Positions 49,479 to 58,436 of a stretch of 64,000 nucleotides of DNA are shown piece after piece (the stretch's first letter is position 1; each line of letters starts with the position of its first letter). The DNA lies in assembly GCA_026387235.1 (NCBI GenBank), contig JAPLMD010000026.1, forward strand, positions 973 through 64,972, in the 5' to 3' direction. The notes under the pieces were generated by a model. It did not search any database. It had not been told where the DNA came from and saw nothing but the letters and a program-made list of their open reading frames with translations. A program made the position numbers and the translations under genes. This DNA comes from Candidatus Omnitrophota bacterium (lineage in GTDB: Bacteria; Omnitrophota; Gorgyraeia; Gorgyraeales; Gorgyraeaceae).

Positions 49479-50717
49479 CTAATGAGCCTGTTTGCACCGT
49501 GTGCTTGTGCATTCCCGGGTTAAAATCCCGGCTATATACCTCATATCCGCTTCCTTGAGTCTCGGATAATTCGGGATCTGCAAGCTTACCCTGACCGCTT
49601 CAGAGGCAGATACGCAGTCACTCTCCTTGCCGTCGATCGCCGAACAATCGCGCATAATATGCTTACCCGTATCTATACCTTTACGCAATAGCTTTTTAGC
49701 CAGGCCTGATGCATCCCGGGTTAAGACCACAAAAAAATAATACGTCGGCCGAAGAGCCTCTCTGTCTTTAAGCGTATCTATCTTGCCTTCGATAAGGCTC
49801 ATCAGCAAGCCGGCATTGCGCCTGCGGCTTTCATTTTCCGTATCGATATTGCTTAGCTGCCTGATCCCCATCAATGCCTGCATGTTCGTATATTTTACCC
49901 CGGATGCCCCGGATTTGGCTACAGGTTTCACAGTCTTGTTGTAAATATTTATCAGATCCTTATCAAAAAAAGACAAGAATAAGAGCCAGGGGAAAACGAT
50001 CATTAAGAAAAATGGAGGTGAAGTCAACAAAAATAAGCCGTAAGAAATAAGGGCCTTCTTCAAGATTGCGGCAGGAACCGGATAATCAAAATGCGCTGAT
50101 CTTTCTTCGATCTTGGCATACAACACCGGGTCATTGGTTGTGATCATGCCTCCTCCGAACGTATTAAAAGGCTTGGTTATCCCAAAGCTGAAATAGGCAG
50201 CTGCGCCGAATGAACCGACCCGCCGTCCATTATATTCTGCTCCGATCGCATGGGCACAGTCTTCAATAACAACCAGGCTGTGCTTCTTTGCTATTTCCGT
50301 TATTTTTGCCAAATTGCAAGGCCGGCCGAAAATATGGGTAGCCAGGATCGCTTTGGTCCTGGAGTTGATTTTCCCTTCAATGAAGTTAGCATCGATATTG
50401 TGGGTATCTCTCTCAATATCTATAAAAATTGGCGCCAAGCCTAAGCTCTGAATCACTTCCGAAACACTTTCATCTGTGTAGGCAGGGAGCATAACTTCAT
50501 CATTCTTATTCAGCGATAACGCATCGAGTATCAGAAACAAACCCAATCTACCCGATGCTACCGCAATAGCATACTTGGTTCCAATATATTTACTAAACTG
50601 TTCTTCAAATTGTTTGATATAAGGCCCTTCCTTGATTCTCCGTTGAAAAATTAAGATTAGAATGTCTTTCAATTCCCCTCTATAATGAGCAATATTTCTT
50701 CGCGCTATTACTCTCAT
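49479..50717 (-). CDS. DegT/DnrJ/EryC1/StrS-family PLP-dependent sugar aminotransferase, with an unusual ~60-aa hydrophobic insertion
   Basis: 412 aa. ...AAAYFSFGITKPFNTFGGGMITTND (active-site Lys region) and ...KYTNMQALMGIRQL... The TM-like insert LFLLTSPPFFLMIVFPWLLFLSFF lies between them. Confidence 0.65.
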   Translation of the reverse strand: MRVIARRNIAHYRGELKDILILIFQRRIKEGPYIKQFEEQFSKYIGTKYAIAVASGRLGLFLILDALSLNKNDEVMLPAYTDESVSEVIQSLGLAPIFIDIERDTHNIDANFIEGKINSRTKAILATHIFGRPCNLAKITEIAKKHSLVVIEDCAHAIGAEYNGRRVGSFGAAAYFSFGITKPFNTFGGGMITTNDPVLYAKIEERSAHFDYPVPAAILKKALISYGLFLLTSPPFFLMIVFPWLLFLSFFDKDLINIYNKTVKPVAKSGASGVKYTNMQALMGIRQLSNIDTENESRRRNAGLLMSLIEGKIDTLKDREALRPTYYFFVVLTRDASGLAKKLLRKGIDTGKHIMRDCSAIDGKESDCVSASEAVRVSLQIPNYPRLKEADMRYIAGILTRECTSTRCKQAH

Positions 50718-50726
50718 ACAAATCCT

Positions 50727-52214
50727 TTATAAACTGACTATCGCTAAAAAACCCTGCCAGCACCTATATACGTCAGAGAAGTTTCTGATCTGACGCAGCT
50801 GGCTTAAGATGTAACTCGGCCTAAAATAAAAAGATCTGTGCGCCCGCGAAGAAGACTTGCGAATCTGATTTTCTCCCAACCCCTTTGATACAAAAGGCAA
50901 GCGCATATATTTTGGCAGATTTAATTGGCAATAATGCTGGTAGTTTCTATGCAAAAGCAGGCCTTCGGCGCTAATTTTGTGAAAAAGTTCTGTGCCGGGA
51001 AAAGGTATAAAAATATGAAAGTTAACGATATCTGCGGGGAGCGTCTTGGCGAAATCAATTGTTTTTTGGATAGTCTTCTCTGTTTCTCCCGGGAGGCCAA
51101 ACATAAATGATACCTTAACGTCCATGCCGCATGCTTTTGCGCATAGCACGGCGTCTTTGCATTCCTCCGGTGTTATATATTTCTTAACTCTTTCCAATAT
51201 GGCAGCCTCTGCGCTTTCGATACCGAATCCAATCTGCCAACAGCCAGAGCGTTTCATTATCTTCAAAAGATCAAAAGAAAGGTTTTTTACATGAACACGG
51301 CACGTCCAAGGGATTTTCATATTTCTCTTCGATATCTCTTCACAAATATCTATAACCCGCTTTGGGTCCGCATTGAAGGTATCATCGTTAAACTTTACTT
51401 CTTTTACACCGAACCGCCTCATCAACATTTCTATTTCATCTACTACATTTTTTGGAGAACGCGCACGAAATAACTGGCCAAAAACTTTTCGGTCACAAAA
51501 TGTGCATTGATAAGGACAGCCTCTGGAGGTCATAATCTGAGCATAGGGCATTTTTCTGACATTCCCTGGCATTGGACGGTATATGGATAGGGGTGGAAAT
51601 AAATGAAATGCGGGAAAAGGCAAAGAATCTAAATTATCTATGTAAGCCCTCCTGCCGGTAGAAATTAACTCGCCATTTTTTCTATACATTAATCCACTAA
51701 TGCCGGAAAAATCTTTTGATGCGTTTCTAACCCGTTGCACAATTTCTAGAAATGAATACTCCCCTTCTCCTAAAACTACCACATCAAAGGGACCGTTACG
51801 CATTGTCTCTTCAGGTAAAGCCGTAACATGCGGTCCACCTATCACAATCAAGGAATGCGGCAGGACAGCCCTGGCATTCCGGGCGGCTTTTATGGCGCTA
51901 TCAATAGAAATGGTGGTAGCCGTAAAACCGATGATCTGCGGCTTTTCTATCGCCAGATCCTTGCACAAATCATCGTGGGTCAGGCTTAACGGAGGGCAAT
52001 CAACTATCTTTACAACAAAACCCTCTCTTTCCAGAAGCGCAGCGATATACCCAATCCCTAGCGGAGGGAGAAGGCTAGCAATTCTCTTCATCTTCCCCGC
52101 TGCTTCCTGTCTCGTAAGAGGAGGGTTAACGAGAAATATCTTCATATTTGTTGAAAACACTCTTTCATTTAAGTTGTACCAGTTTTTAAGAGAGCGCAGC
52201 CGCATTTTTGTCAA
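50727..52214 (-). CDS. B12-binding-domain radical SAM protein
   Basis: 495 aa. TSRGCPYQCTFCDRKVFG motif. Confidence 0.75.
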   Translation of the reverse strand: MTKMRLRSLKNWYNLNERVFSTNMKIFLVNPPLTRQEAAGKMKRIASLLPPLGIGYIAALLEREGFVVKIVDCPPLSLTHDDLCKDLAIEKPQIIGFTATTISIDSAIKAARNARAVLPHSLIVIGGPHVTALPEETMRNGPFDVVVLGEGEYSFLEIVQRVRNASKDFSGISGLMYRKNGELISTGRRAYIDNLDSLPFPAFHLFPPLSIYRPMPGNVRKMPYAQIMTSRGCPYQCTFCDRKVFGQLFRARSPKNVVDEIEMLMRRFGVKEVKFNDDTFNADPKRVIDICEEISKRNMKIPWTCRVHVKNLSFDLLKIMKRSGCWQIGFGIESAEAAILERVKKYITPEECKDAVLCAKACGMDVKVSFMFGLPGETEKTIQKTIDFAKTLPADIVNFHIFIPFPGTELFHKISAEGLLLHRNYQHYCQLNLPKYMRLPFVSKGLGENQIRKSSSRAHRSFYFRPSYILSQLRQIRNFSDVYRCWQGFLAIVSL

Positions 52215-53356
52215 AGAAAATCATAGGAGAAATAAGCTATGCCGTCCGGATTCAGAGACTCTATTATCTTCTCCTGCTCGGATAGGATCTGGGGGTCATT
52301 TTCCATTAAAAAATTACCTATACCTATGTAAACCCTGCCCTTTCCTCTCTGAGCAAGGGCTGAGCGCGTTATCTCTTTTGCAAGCTGATTATTCTTTGTG
52401 TAATTCATTAGCACCACATAATCAACTGTGCCGTTTTCCAGCCACCCGGGCCAATCCTGAAACGACGCGGAAAAAGCAGTATCAGGCGAAGGAAGCACTG
52501 CGCAGGACATAAGCATCCCCGGGTATTTATTTTTTATATCCTTCGCCAGCTTATCCACGAGATTCGTGACCTGGCTTCTTTTCCAGTCGTCCCATATGAG
52601 AGAATTTTCATTATTGTCCGGCATGGATAAAGAGTCCAGGCCTGTTTTTTCCTTAAATCTTTTTACATTTTCCTCTCCGTATCCGTATGTCAGGCCATAT
52701 TTATTGAAGCTTGAACGCGGAAGAAAAGGCACGGGATACGGATAACGCACGTAATCAAGATGCAGCCCGGATAAATCAGGGTATCTGGTTATAATTTCAT
52801 CTATTACGGACGCCATATATTCGCTTACCCGCGGGTCTCCGGGCTCAAGAAAAAGCTGATCGTCCCTGAGATAATATTTATCGGATTCATTTACGTCCTC
52901 TGTCCTCATTGAGACCCTCTGATGCTGGTCCCGCGTCAATACGGAATTCCCGAATTTTTTTATTATATCGGCGTTTTTATTTTTCCCCGCGCAAAGGACA
53001 TTTACCCAGGCAAATACTTTTACGCCGCACCTCTTCGCCTCTTTCAGCAGGCAATCTATCGCATCAGCTCCGGATGCTTTAAGCATAGCCTCATATTTTG
53101 ACCTGCCGCCGAGTTTAGTATCGTAATAAGCTTCGCCGCTTCTATAAAACTGAAGGTATACTTCGTTCAGGCCTTTTTTCCTGCAAAATTTAATAAGCTC
53201 AAATGCGGACTTTTCGGAATATAGGACTTCTTTGTCTGAAAAACAAGTTACCCACACGCCTTTCGCAGGGATATTTTTATCTTTTCCATGCGCGGATAAA
53301 GGCATTATTAAAAAAATAATTATAAAAAATAGAAGAAATCTTTTTATGCCTTCCAT
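52211..53356 (-). CDS. Secreted glycoside-hydrolase-like family 10 (GHL10/DUF187-type) protein
   Basis: 381 aa. N-terminal signal peptide. GVWVTCF..., ...KVFAWVNV... and LHLDYVRYPY blocks typical of GHL10 TIM-barrel proteins. Confidence 0.5.
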   Translation of the reverse strand: MEGIKRFLLFFIIIFLIMPLSAHGKDKNIPAKGVWVTCFSDKEVLYSEKSAFELIKFCRKKGLNEVYLQFYRSGEAYYDTKLGGRSKYEAMLKASGADAIDCLLKEAKRCGVKVFAWVNVLCAGKNKNADIIKKFGNSVLTRDQHQRVSMRTEDVNESDKYYLRDDQLFLEPGDPRVSEYMASVIDEIITRYPDLSGLHLDYVRYPYPVPFLPRSSFNKYGLTYGYGEENVKRFKEKTGLDSLSMPDNNENSLIWDDWKRSQVTNLVDKLAKDIKNKYPGMLMSCAVLPSPDTAFSASFQDWPGWLENGTVDYVVLMNYTKNNQLAKEITRSALAQRGKGRVYIGIGNFLMENDPQILSEQEKIIESLNPDGIAYFSYDFL

Positions 53357-54029
53357 TTTTCTCCTTTTATAACAATAACAAACTCGCCGCGCGGCTGATT
53401 TGAAGTAAAATGCTCTATTGCTTCTGAAACCTTCAGGCGGAGGGTTTCTTCAAAGACCTTGGTAAGTTCGCGCATAACGCTGATATCCCTGTCTCCCATG
53501 ACATCTAACACATCCTTTAGAGTCTTTAAAATCCTGTGAGGCGATTCATAGATCACTATGGTCCTTTTTTCCTGATTTAAAGCCTCTAATTCTTTGCGCC
53601 GCTTGCCCGGTTTCTGCGCCAGGAATCCTTCAAATACAAAACTATCCGTAGGCATGCCTGATAAAACAATGCCCGCTATAATAGCGCTTGGCCCCGGGAT
53701 GACTATAATCAGAATATTGTTTTCTATCGCGAGCCTTACTATGTTAAATCCCGGATCGCTTATGCCGGGAGTCCCGCTATCTGACACGAGCGCAATTGCC
53801 CTGCCTTCTTTTAGTAATTTCAATAAATGTTCGCCTTTTTGGATCTTATTGTATTCAAAATAGCTTGTGGTAGGAGTATTTATTCCGTAATGCGAAAGGA
53901 GTTTTTTCGTATGCCTGGTATCCTCGCACGCGATAAGAGCAACTGCCTTCAGCGTCTCAATAGCCCGAAACGTTATATCCTTAAGATTCCCTATCGGCGT
54001 GGCAACTACAAAAAGTTTTCCTGTCATAT
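53344..54029 (-). CDS. rsmI: 16S rRNA (cytidine1402-2'-O)-methyltransferase RsmI. Start is probably at MTGKLFVV; the ORF track extends to 54108.
   Basis: GKLFVVATPIGNLKDIT...ACEDTRHTKKLL tetrapyrrole-methylase-fold motifs typical of RsmI. Confidence 0.8.
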
Positions 54030-54056
54030 GCGCTATATTATAACACATTTTTGAAT

Positions 54057-55886
54057 TTATTCCACTGTAACGCTTTTGGCTAGATTTCTTGGCTGGTCGA
54101 CGTCGCATCCGCGTTTTACCGCGATGTAATACGCGAGAAGCTGTAACGGGACTACCGTGACTATCGGGGAAAAGACCTCGTCTATCCTGGGGATGTATAT
54201 TATTTCTTTTGTAAAATTCTCTATGCCTTTATCGCCTTCTGTAGCGATAGCGATTACCTTGCCTTTTCTGGCGCGGATCTCTTCTATGTTCGAGACCATT
54301 TTTTCATACACAAACGACTCGGGCGCGATGCACACTACAGCCCTGTATTCGTCTATAAGAGCTATAGGCCCATGCTTCATTTCTCCCGCGGCGTAGCCTT
54401 CAGCGGGTATGTAGGAGATTTCTTTTAGTTTCAGCGCGCCTTCAAGCGCTGTTGGGAAATTCAGGTTCCTGCCTAGATACAAAAATGAGCCAAAATTCAG
54501 GTGTTTAGCGGCAATCTTCTGTATGCGGTTCTTTTTGCCTAAAATATTCTCTATAACACCCGGCACATTTTTAAATTCTTCCAATAAAGATTTTTTCAAA
54601 TCGCTTTTTAATAATCCTTTTTTATCCGCAATATAAAAAGCCAGCGTATAAAGGACCGCCAACTGAGCTGTATACGCTTTTGTAGACGCAACCCCTATCT
54701 CAGGCCCGGCGTAAGTATACAAAACGCCGTCAGAAACCCTGGCAAGGCTTGACCCGACAACGTTGCATACAGATAAAATCTTAGCTCCCTTTTGCTTCGC
54801 CTCTTTAACAGCCGCCAGGGTATCAGCTGTTTCGCCTGACTGGCTTATGGCAATGACTAATGTATTTTTATTTACAATAGGGTCCCTATACCTGAATTCA
54901 GACGATAAGTCAATGGATACCGGTATCTTTGTAAATTTTTCCAGCACGTATTTGCCGACAAGTCCGGCGTGATACGCAGTGCCGCACGCTACTATAATGA
55001 TGTCGGAAATACCTTTTATATCCATGTCCGGGATATTTATGCCTTCCAGATTGAATTCGGAATCGCCTATTATCCTGGAAGAAATAATCTGTTTTAGGAC
55101 CTTCGGCTGCTCGTGAATTTCTTTCAGCATGAAATGCTGGAAACCGCCCTTTTGCGCTGAATCGAGGGTCCACTTTATAACATCTGCATTTTTGCGCCTT
55201 TGGCTGCCGTCTGAGTCAAAGACCGTAACGTTATCTTTCGTCAAAACAGCTATTTCTCCGTCTTCAAGATAAATTACTTTCTTTGTATATTTCAATATAG
55301 CGGGCACATCTGAGGCAATAAAATTCTCGCCCTCTCCGATGCCCACTATCAGGGGGCTTTCCTTCCTTGCCGCAACAATCCTGTCAGGTTCCTTTTTAGA
55401 TATGACTCCCAGGGCAAAAGAGCCTTTAAGATCTTTGATTGTTTTTAGAACAGCTTCTCTGAGGCAGCCATTGTAATATTTTTCCACAAGATGGCTTATG
55501 ACCTCTGTGTCTGTCTGGGATTTAAATTTATGGCCTTCTTCTATAAGCTGTTTCTTTAACTCGCTGAAATTTTCTATGATGCCGTTATGGACTACCGCTA
55601 TATCGCCTGAACAGTCCTGGTGAGGATGGGCGTTTATATTCGTGGGCGCGCCGTGCGTTGCCCATCTATTATGCGAGATGCCAATATGGCTTTCAGAAAT
55701 ATCTTTCGAGCCAAGCAGCTCCTCTAAGTTTTTTATTTTGCCCTTGCATTTCTTAATAACAATTTTATCTTTCGGGATAATAGCTATGCCCACAGAATCA
55801 TATCCTCTATACTCAAGCCTTCTCAGGCCTTCTATTAAAATAGGCAGGGCGTTCTTATTCCCGACATAACCGACTATCCCGCACAT
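54057..55886 (-). CDS. glmS: Glutamine--fructose-6-phosphate aminotransferase
   Basis: 609 aa. MCGIVGYVG N-terminal nucleophile Cys. Two SIS domains. C-terminal ...KSVTVE. Confidence 0.95.
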   Translation of the reverse strand: MCGIVGYVGNKNALPILIEGLRRLEYRGYDSVGIAIIPKDKIVIKKCKGKIKNLEELLGSKDISESHIGISHNRWATHGAPTNINAHPHQDCSGDIAVVHNGIIENFSELKKQLIEEGHKFKSQTDTEVISHLVEKYYNGCLREAVLKTIKDLKGSFALGVISKKEPDRIVAARKESPLIVGIGEGENFIASDVPAILKYTKKVIYLEDGEIAVLTKDNVTVFDSDGSQRRKNADVIKWTLDSAQKGGFQHFMLKEIHEQPKVLKQIISSRIIGDSEFNLEGINIPDMDIKGISDIIIVACGTAYHAGLVGKYVLEKFTKIPVSIDLSSEFRYRDPIVNKNTLVIAISQSGETADTLAAVKEAKQKGAKILSVCNVVGSSLARVSDGVLYTYAGPEIGVASTKAYTAQLAVLYTLAFYIADKKGLLKSDLKKSLLEEFKNVPGVIENILGKKNRIQKIAAKHLNFGSFLYLGRNLNFPTALEGALKLKEISYIPAEGYAAGEMKHGPIALIDEYRAVVCIAPESFVYEKMVSNIEEIRARKGKVIAIATEGDKGIENFTKEIIYIPRIDEVFSPIVTVVPLQLLAYYIAVKRGCDVDQPRNLAKSVTVE

Positions 55887-55954
55887 ATAAGCTCCTTTTT
55901 GCTTATTATATATTATCCGCCCGCTTGTGCCAATAGAAAAAATATGTTAAACTT

Positions 55955-58273
55955 ATGATAATGAAACTAAGCCTGAAATTAAACGCCGGCGCTTTTATAC
56001 TAGGCCTTACTTCAATGATAGGCCAGATAATCATTATAAGAGAGCTTGTCAGCGCATTTTACGGCAATGAGCTTTCTTTAGGGATCATCCTCGCATCGTG
56101 GCTCTTTTGGGTTTCGTTCGGCAGTTTGATCCTCGGGAGGCTAGCGGACTTTATCTCTTCCAAAGAAAAACTGCTGTCGCACATACAACTTGCCTTATCA
56201 ATACTTATACCTTTGGATATATTCTTTATCCGCGTTATAAAATCAATTTTAAAGATCCCTGCAGGGAAAATCATCGGCTTGGCGCAGATGCTGGGCGCGT
56301 CTTTTGTATCCCTATCCGCCGTGTGCGCATTATTGGGCCTTAGTTTTATATTGATATCAAAGATTGCCGCAAAAGATAATAACCTGCCGGCTAAGCAGGT
56401 AGGAAAGATTTATCTATTGGAAGGGCTGGGGGCTTCTGTCGGAGGCCTCATATATACGTTTCTCCTTATAAAAGCGTATACGCCTTTTCAAAACGCGCTC
56501 ATTCTCGGGAATCTGAATCTGATCGCGTCGATATTATTCAACAGGAACATAGTCCAGCTGGTATATCTTGTAATATTTTCAACCACGGTCATGTTCAACT
56601 GGCCAAAACACATAGATGGATTCACGAGATCTCTTCAGGTAAGGCCTCTTAAACTCATAGAAAATGCAGACTCAATATACGGAAACATCACTGTAGCAAA
56701 ATTAGAAAATCAATATAGCTTTTATGAAAACGGCGCGTTGATGTTTACCGGAGGGGACATATCAACCAGCGAAGAATCTGTTCATTACGCGATGCTTGAA
56801 CACCCGCAGCCTAAAAAGATACTGCTCGTCGGAGGCGGGATAGGAGGCGCAATAAACCAGATTTTAAAACATAAGCCCGCCAGGATTGATTACGTGGAAT
56901 TAGATCCGTTAATGATAAGCCTTTCCCAAAAATACCTCCCTCCGATAACAGATGACAGGGTAAACATCATACACACAGACGGCAGGCTTTTTGTGAAAGA
57001 TTATTCTTCTCGACTTCGCTCGAAGAATAATAGCGATACTGTTCGAGCAAGCGAAGCGAGTCGAGAACTATCAGGCTACGATGTAGTAATACTAAACCTT
57101 CCTGACCCTTATACTGCAAGCCTCAATAGATTTTATTCCCTGGAATTCTTCCAGGAGGTTAAAAAAATACTGGAGCCAGGGGGTTTATTTTCGTTCGGCC
57201 TTCTTTCTTCCGAGAATTACATAAGCCCGGAACACGCCATGTATCTGAGCTGTATTTATAATACGCTTAAAAAAGAATTCTCTGATGTGAAAATACTCCC
57301 CGGAGATAATATGACGTTTATCGCGTCGCAGGACTCCGGCAGCCTTACTGATGACGCAAACACCATAATAAAAAGGCTGAAGGAAAGAAATATCAAAACC
57401 AAGTTCGTAAGAGAGTATTACATACCTTTTAAATTAGACCCCCTGAGAATCAAATATGTAGAAAGCGCTATCCAAAAATTTAATAATACTAAAATCAATA
57501 CTGACTTCAGGCCTATCGGTTATCTTTATCACGCCATATTATGGGTGAGCTTTTTCGACGCCACGAGAAATTTCCTGCCTTACGTTGATAAGATAAATAT
57601 AGGCATTTTTATCCTGCTGGCATTTGCTTTTTTTATCATAACCCTGTTGACGCAGAAATTAACCATGGCAACTTTAAAATTCCCTGTTCTGATATCCGCC
57701 GGCGCGACAGGCATGAGCCAGATATGTTTTCAGGTAATCATCATGCTGGCGTTCCAATTTATATACGGCTACATGTATTATCAGTTAGGATTTATCCTTA
57801 CCTCATTCATGATAGGGCTCACGCTCGGAAGTTTTTTAATAACAAGCTTCATGGAAAAGATAGAGGATGAAAAATCATTGTATATTAAAACTCAGGCGTG
57901 GATGTCTGTTTATCCGCTGATTCTCGCTATAACCTTGATGGCTGTAGCAAAAATAAACCGGGCCTTTCCTGCCGCGGGAAACATGCTTCAGATAGTTTTT
58001 TTAATAATGCCTGTATTGGGCGGTTTTATAGGCGGATTCCAATTCATTCTCGCGAATAAAATATGGCTCAAAGATTCCAAAGACGTCGGAAAAACAACAG
58101 GCCTTCTCTACGGCATTGATTTAATCGGTTCATGCATAGGCGGGCTGGCAATAGGCGTGATACTCATCCCTCTCCTGGGGATCATTCAGACATGCGCGCT
58201 CTTGAGCGTTATAAATATCTTTATTTTTATATTAATCTCGAATTCCAGGCCTTGTTTTATCCAAAAAATGTGA
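55955..58273 (+). CDS. Polytopic membrane protein fused to a spermidine-synthase-like (aminopropyltransferase-fold) domain
   Basis: 772 aa. About 6 N-terminal and 6 C-terminal TM helices flank a central SpeE-like domain (LLVGGGIGGAINQIL...DYVELDP...HTDGRLFV...YDVVILNLPDP). The only plus-strand gene in the window. Confidence 0.65.
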   Translation: MIMKLSLKLNAGAFILGLTSMIGQIIIIRELVSAFYGNELSLGIILASWLFWVSFGSLILGRLADFISSKEKLLSHIQLALSILIPLDIFFIRVIKSILKIPAGKIIGLAQMLGASFVSLSAVCALLGLSFILISKIAAKDNNLPAKQVGKIYLLEGLGASVGGLIYTFLLIKAYTPFQNALILGNLNLIASILFNRNIVQLVYLVIFSTTVMFNWPKHIDGFTRSLQVRPLKLIENADSIYGNITVAKLENQYSFYENGALMFTGGDISTSEESVHYAMLEHPQPKKILLVGGGIGGAINQILKHKPARIDYVELDPLMISLSQKYLPPITDDRVNIIHTDGRLFVKDYSSRLRSKNNSDTVRASEASRELSGYDVVILNLPDPYTASLNRFYSLEFFQEVKKILEPGGLFSFGLLSSENYISPEHAMYLSCIYNTLKKEFSDVKILPGDNMTFIASQDSGSLTDDANTIIKRLKERNIKTKFVREYYIPFKLDPLRIKYVESAIQKFNNTKINTDFRPIGYLYHAILWVSFFDATRNFLPYVDKINIGIFILLAFAFFIITLLTQKLTMATLKFPVLISAGATGMSQICFQVIIMLAFQFIYGYMYYQLGFILTSFMIGLTLGSFLITSFMEKIEDEKSLYIKTQAWMSVYPLILAITLMAVAKINRAFPAAGNMLQIVFLIMPVLGGFIGGFQFILANKIWLKDSKDVGKTTGLLYGIDLIGSCIGGLAIGVILIPLLGIIQTCALLSVINIFIFILISNSRPCFIQKM
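57003..57070. repeat. Hairpin repeat element copy 2, inserted in-frame inside the spermidine-synthase-like CDS
   Basis: Shares a 27-nt left arm (attcttctcgacttcgctcgaagaata) and right arm (tgttcgagc...gagtcgagaact) with 3355-3425. It encodes ...SSRLRSKNNSDTVRASEASRELSG..., placed in the loop between the DGR and YDVVI motifs of the SpeE fold. Confidence 0.6.
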
Positions 58274-58345
58274 TATAGTATTTATAGAAGGTACTTAAAC
58301 AAGGAGGCGCGTAATAGCGGTAAGCTTCAAGGTTTATAGCCTATA

Positions 58346-58376
58346 AAAAAAGCCCTAAATTTAGGGCTTTTTTTAT
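58346..58376. terminator. Bidirectional Rho-independent terminator
   Basis: aaaaaaaGCCCTAAATTTAGGGCttttttt is a symmetric GC stem flanked by an A-run and a T-run. It lies between convergent genes (+ gene ends 58273, - gene ends 58437). Confidence 0.8.
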
Positions 58377-58385
58377 TTTAACCAT

Positions 58386-58436
58386 GGTCCACCTGCCAGG
58401 TGAGCCATTTGAATTGGCTCACCTGGCAGGTGGACC
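58386..58436. repeat. Palindromic element copy 2 (22-bp stem, 7-nt loop)
   Basis: GGTCCACCTGCCAGGTGAGCCA tttgaat TGGCTCACCTGGCAGGTGGACC. It differs from copy 1 (12769-12824) by A->C in the left arm with the matching T->G in the right arm. The element abuts the stop codon of the Memo-AMMECR1 gene. Confidence 0.8.

Noticed and set aside
19392-53356. Mobile genetic element or genomic island bounded by integrase/transposase/tRNA
   Set aside because: No integrase, transposase, tRNA or direct-repeat boundaries were seen. The island is flanked by housekeeping genes (rsmI/glmS and the pyr operon). Horizontal origin cannot be assessed without composition statistics.
55887-55954. Possible glmS ribozyme in the glmS 5' leader
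   Set aside because: The intergenic leader is only ~68 nt, and the conserved glmS ribozyme core is not apparent. A ~150-nt ribozyme cannot fit. The region more likely holds divergent promoters.
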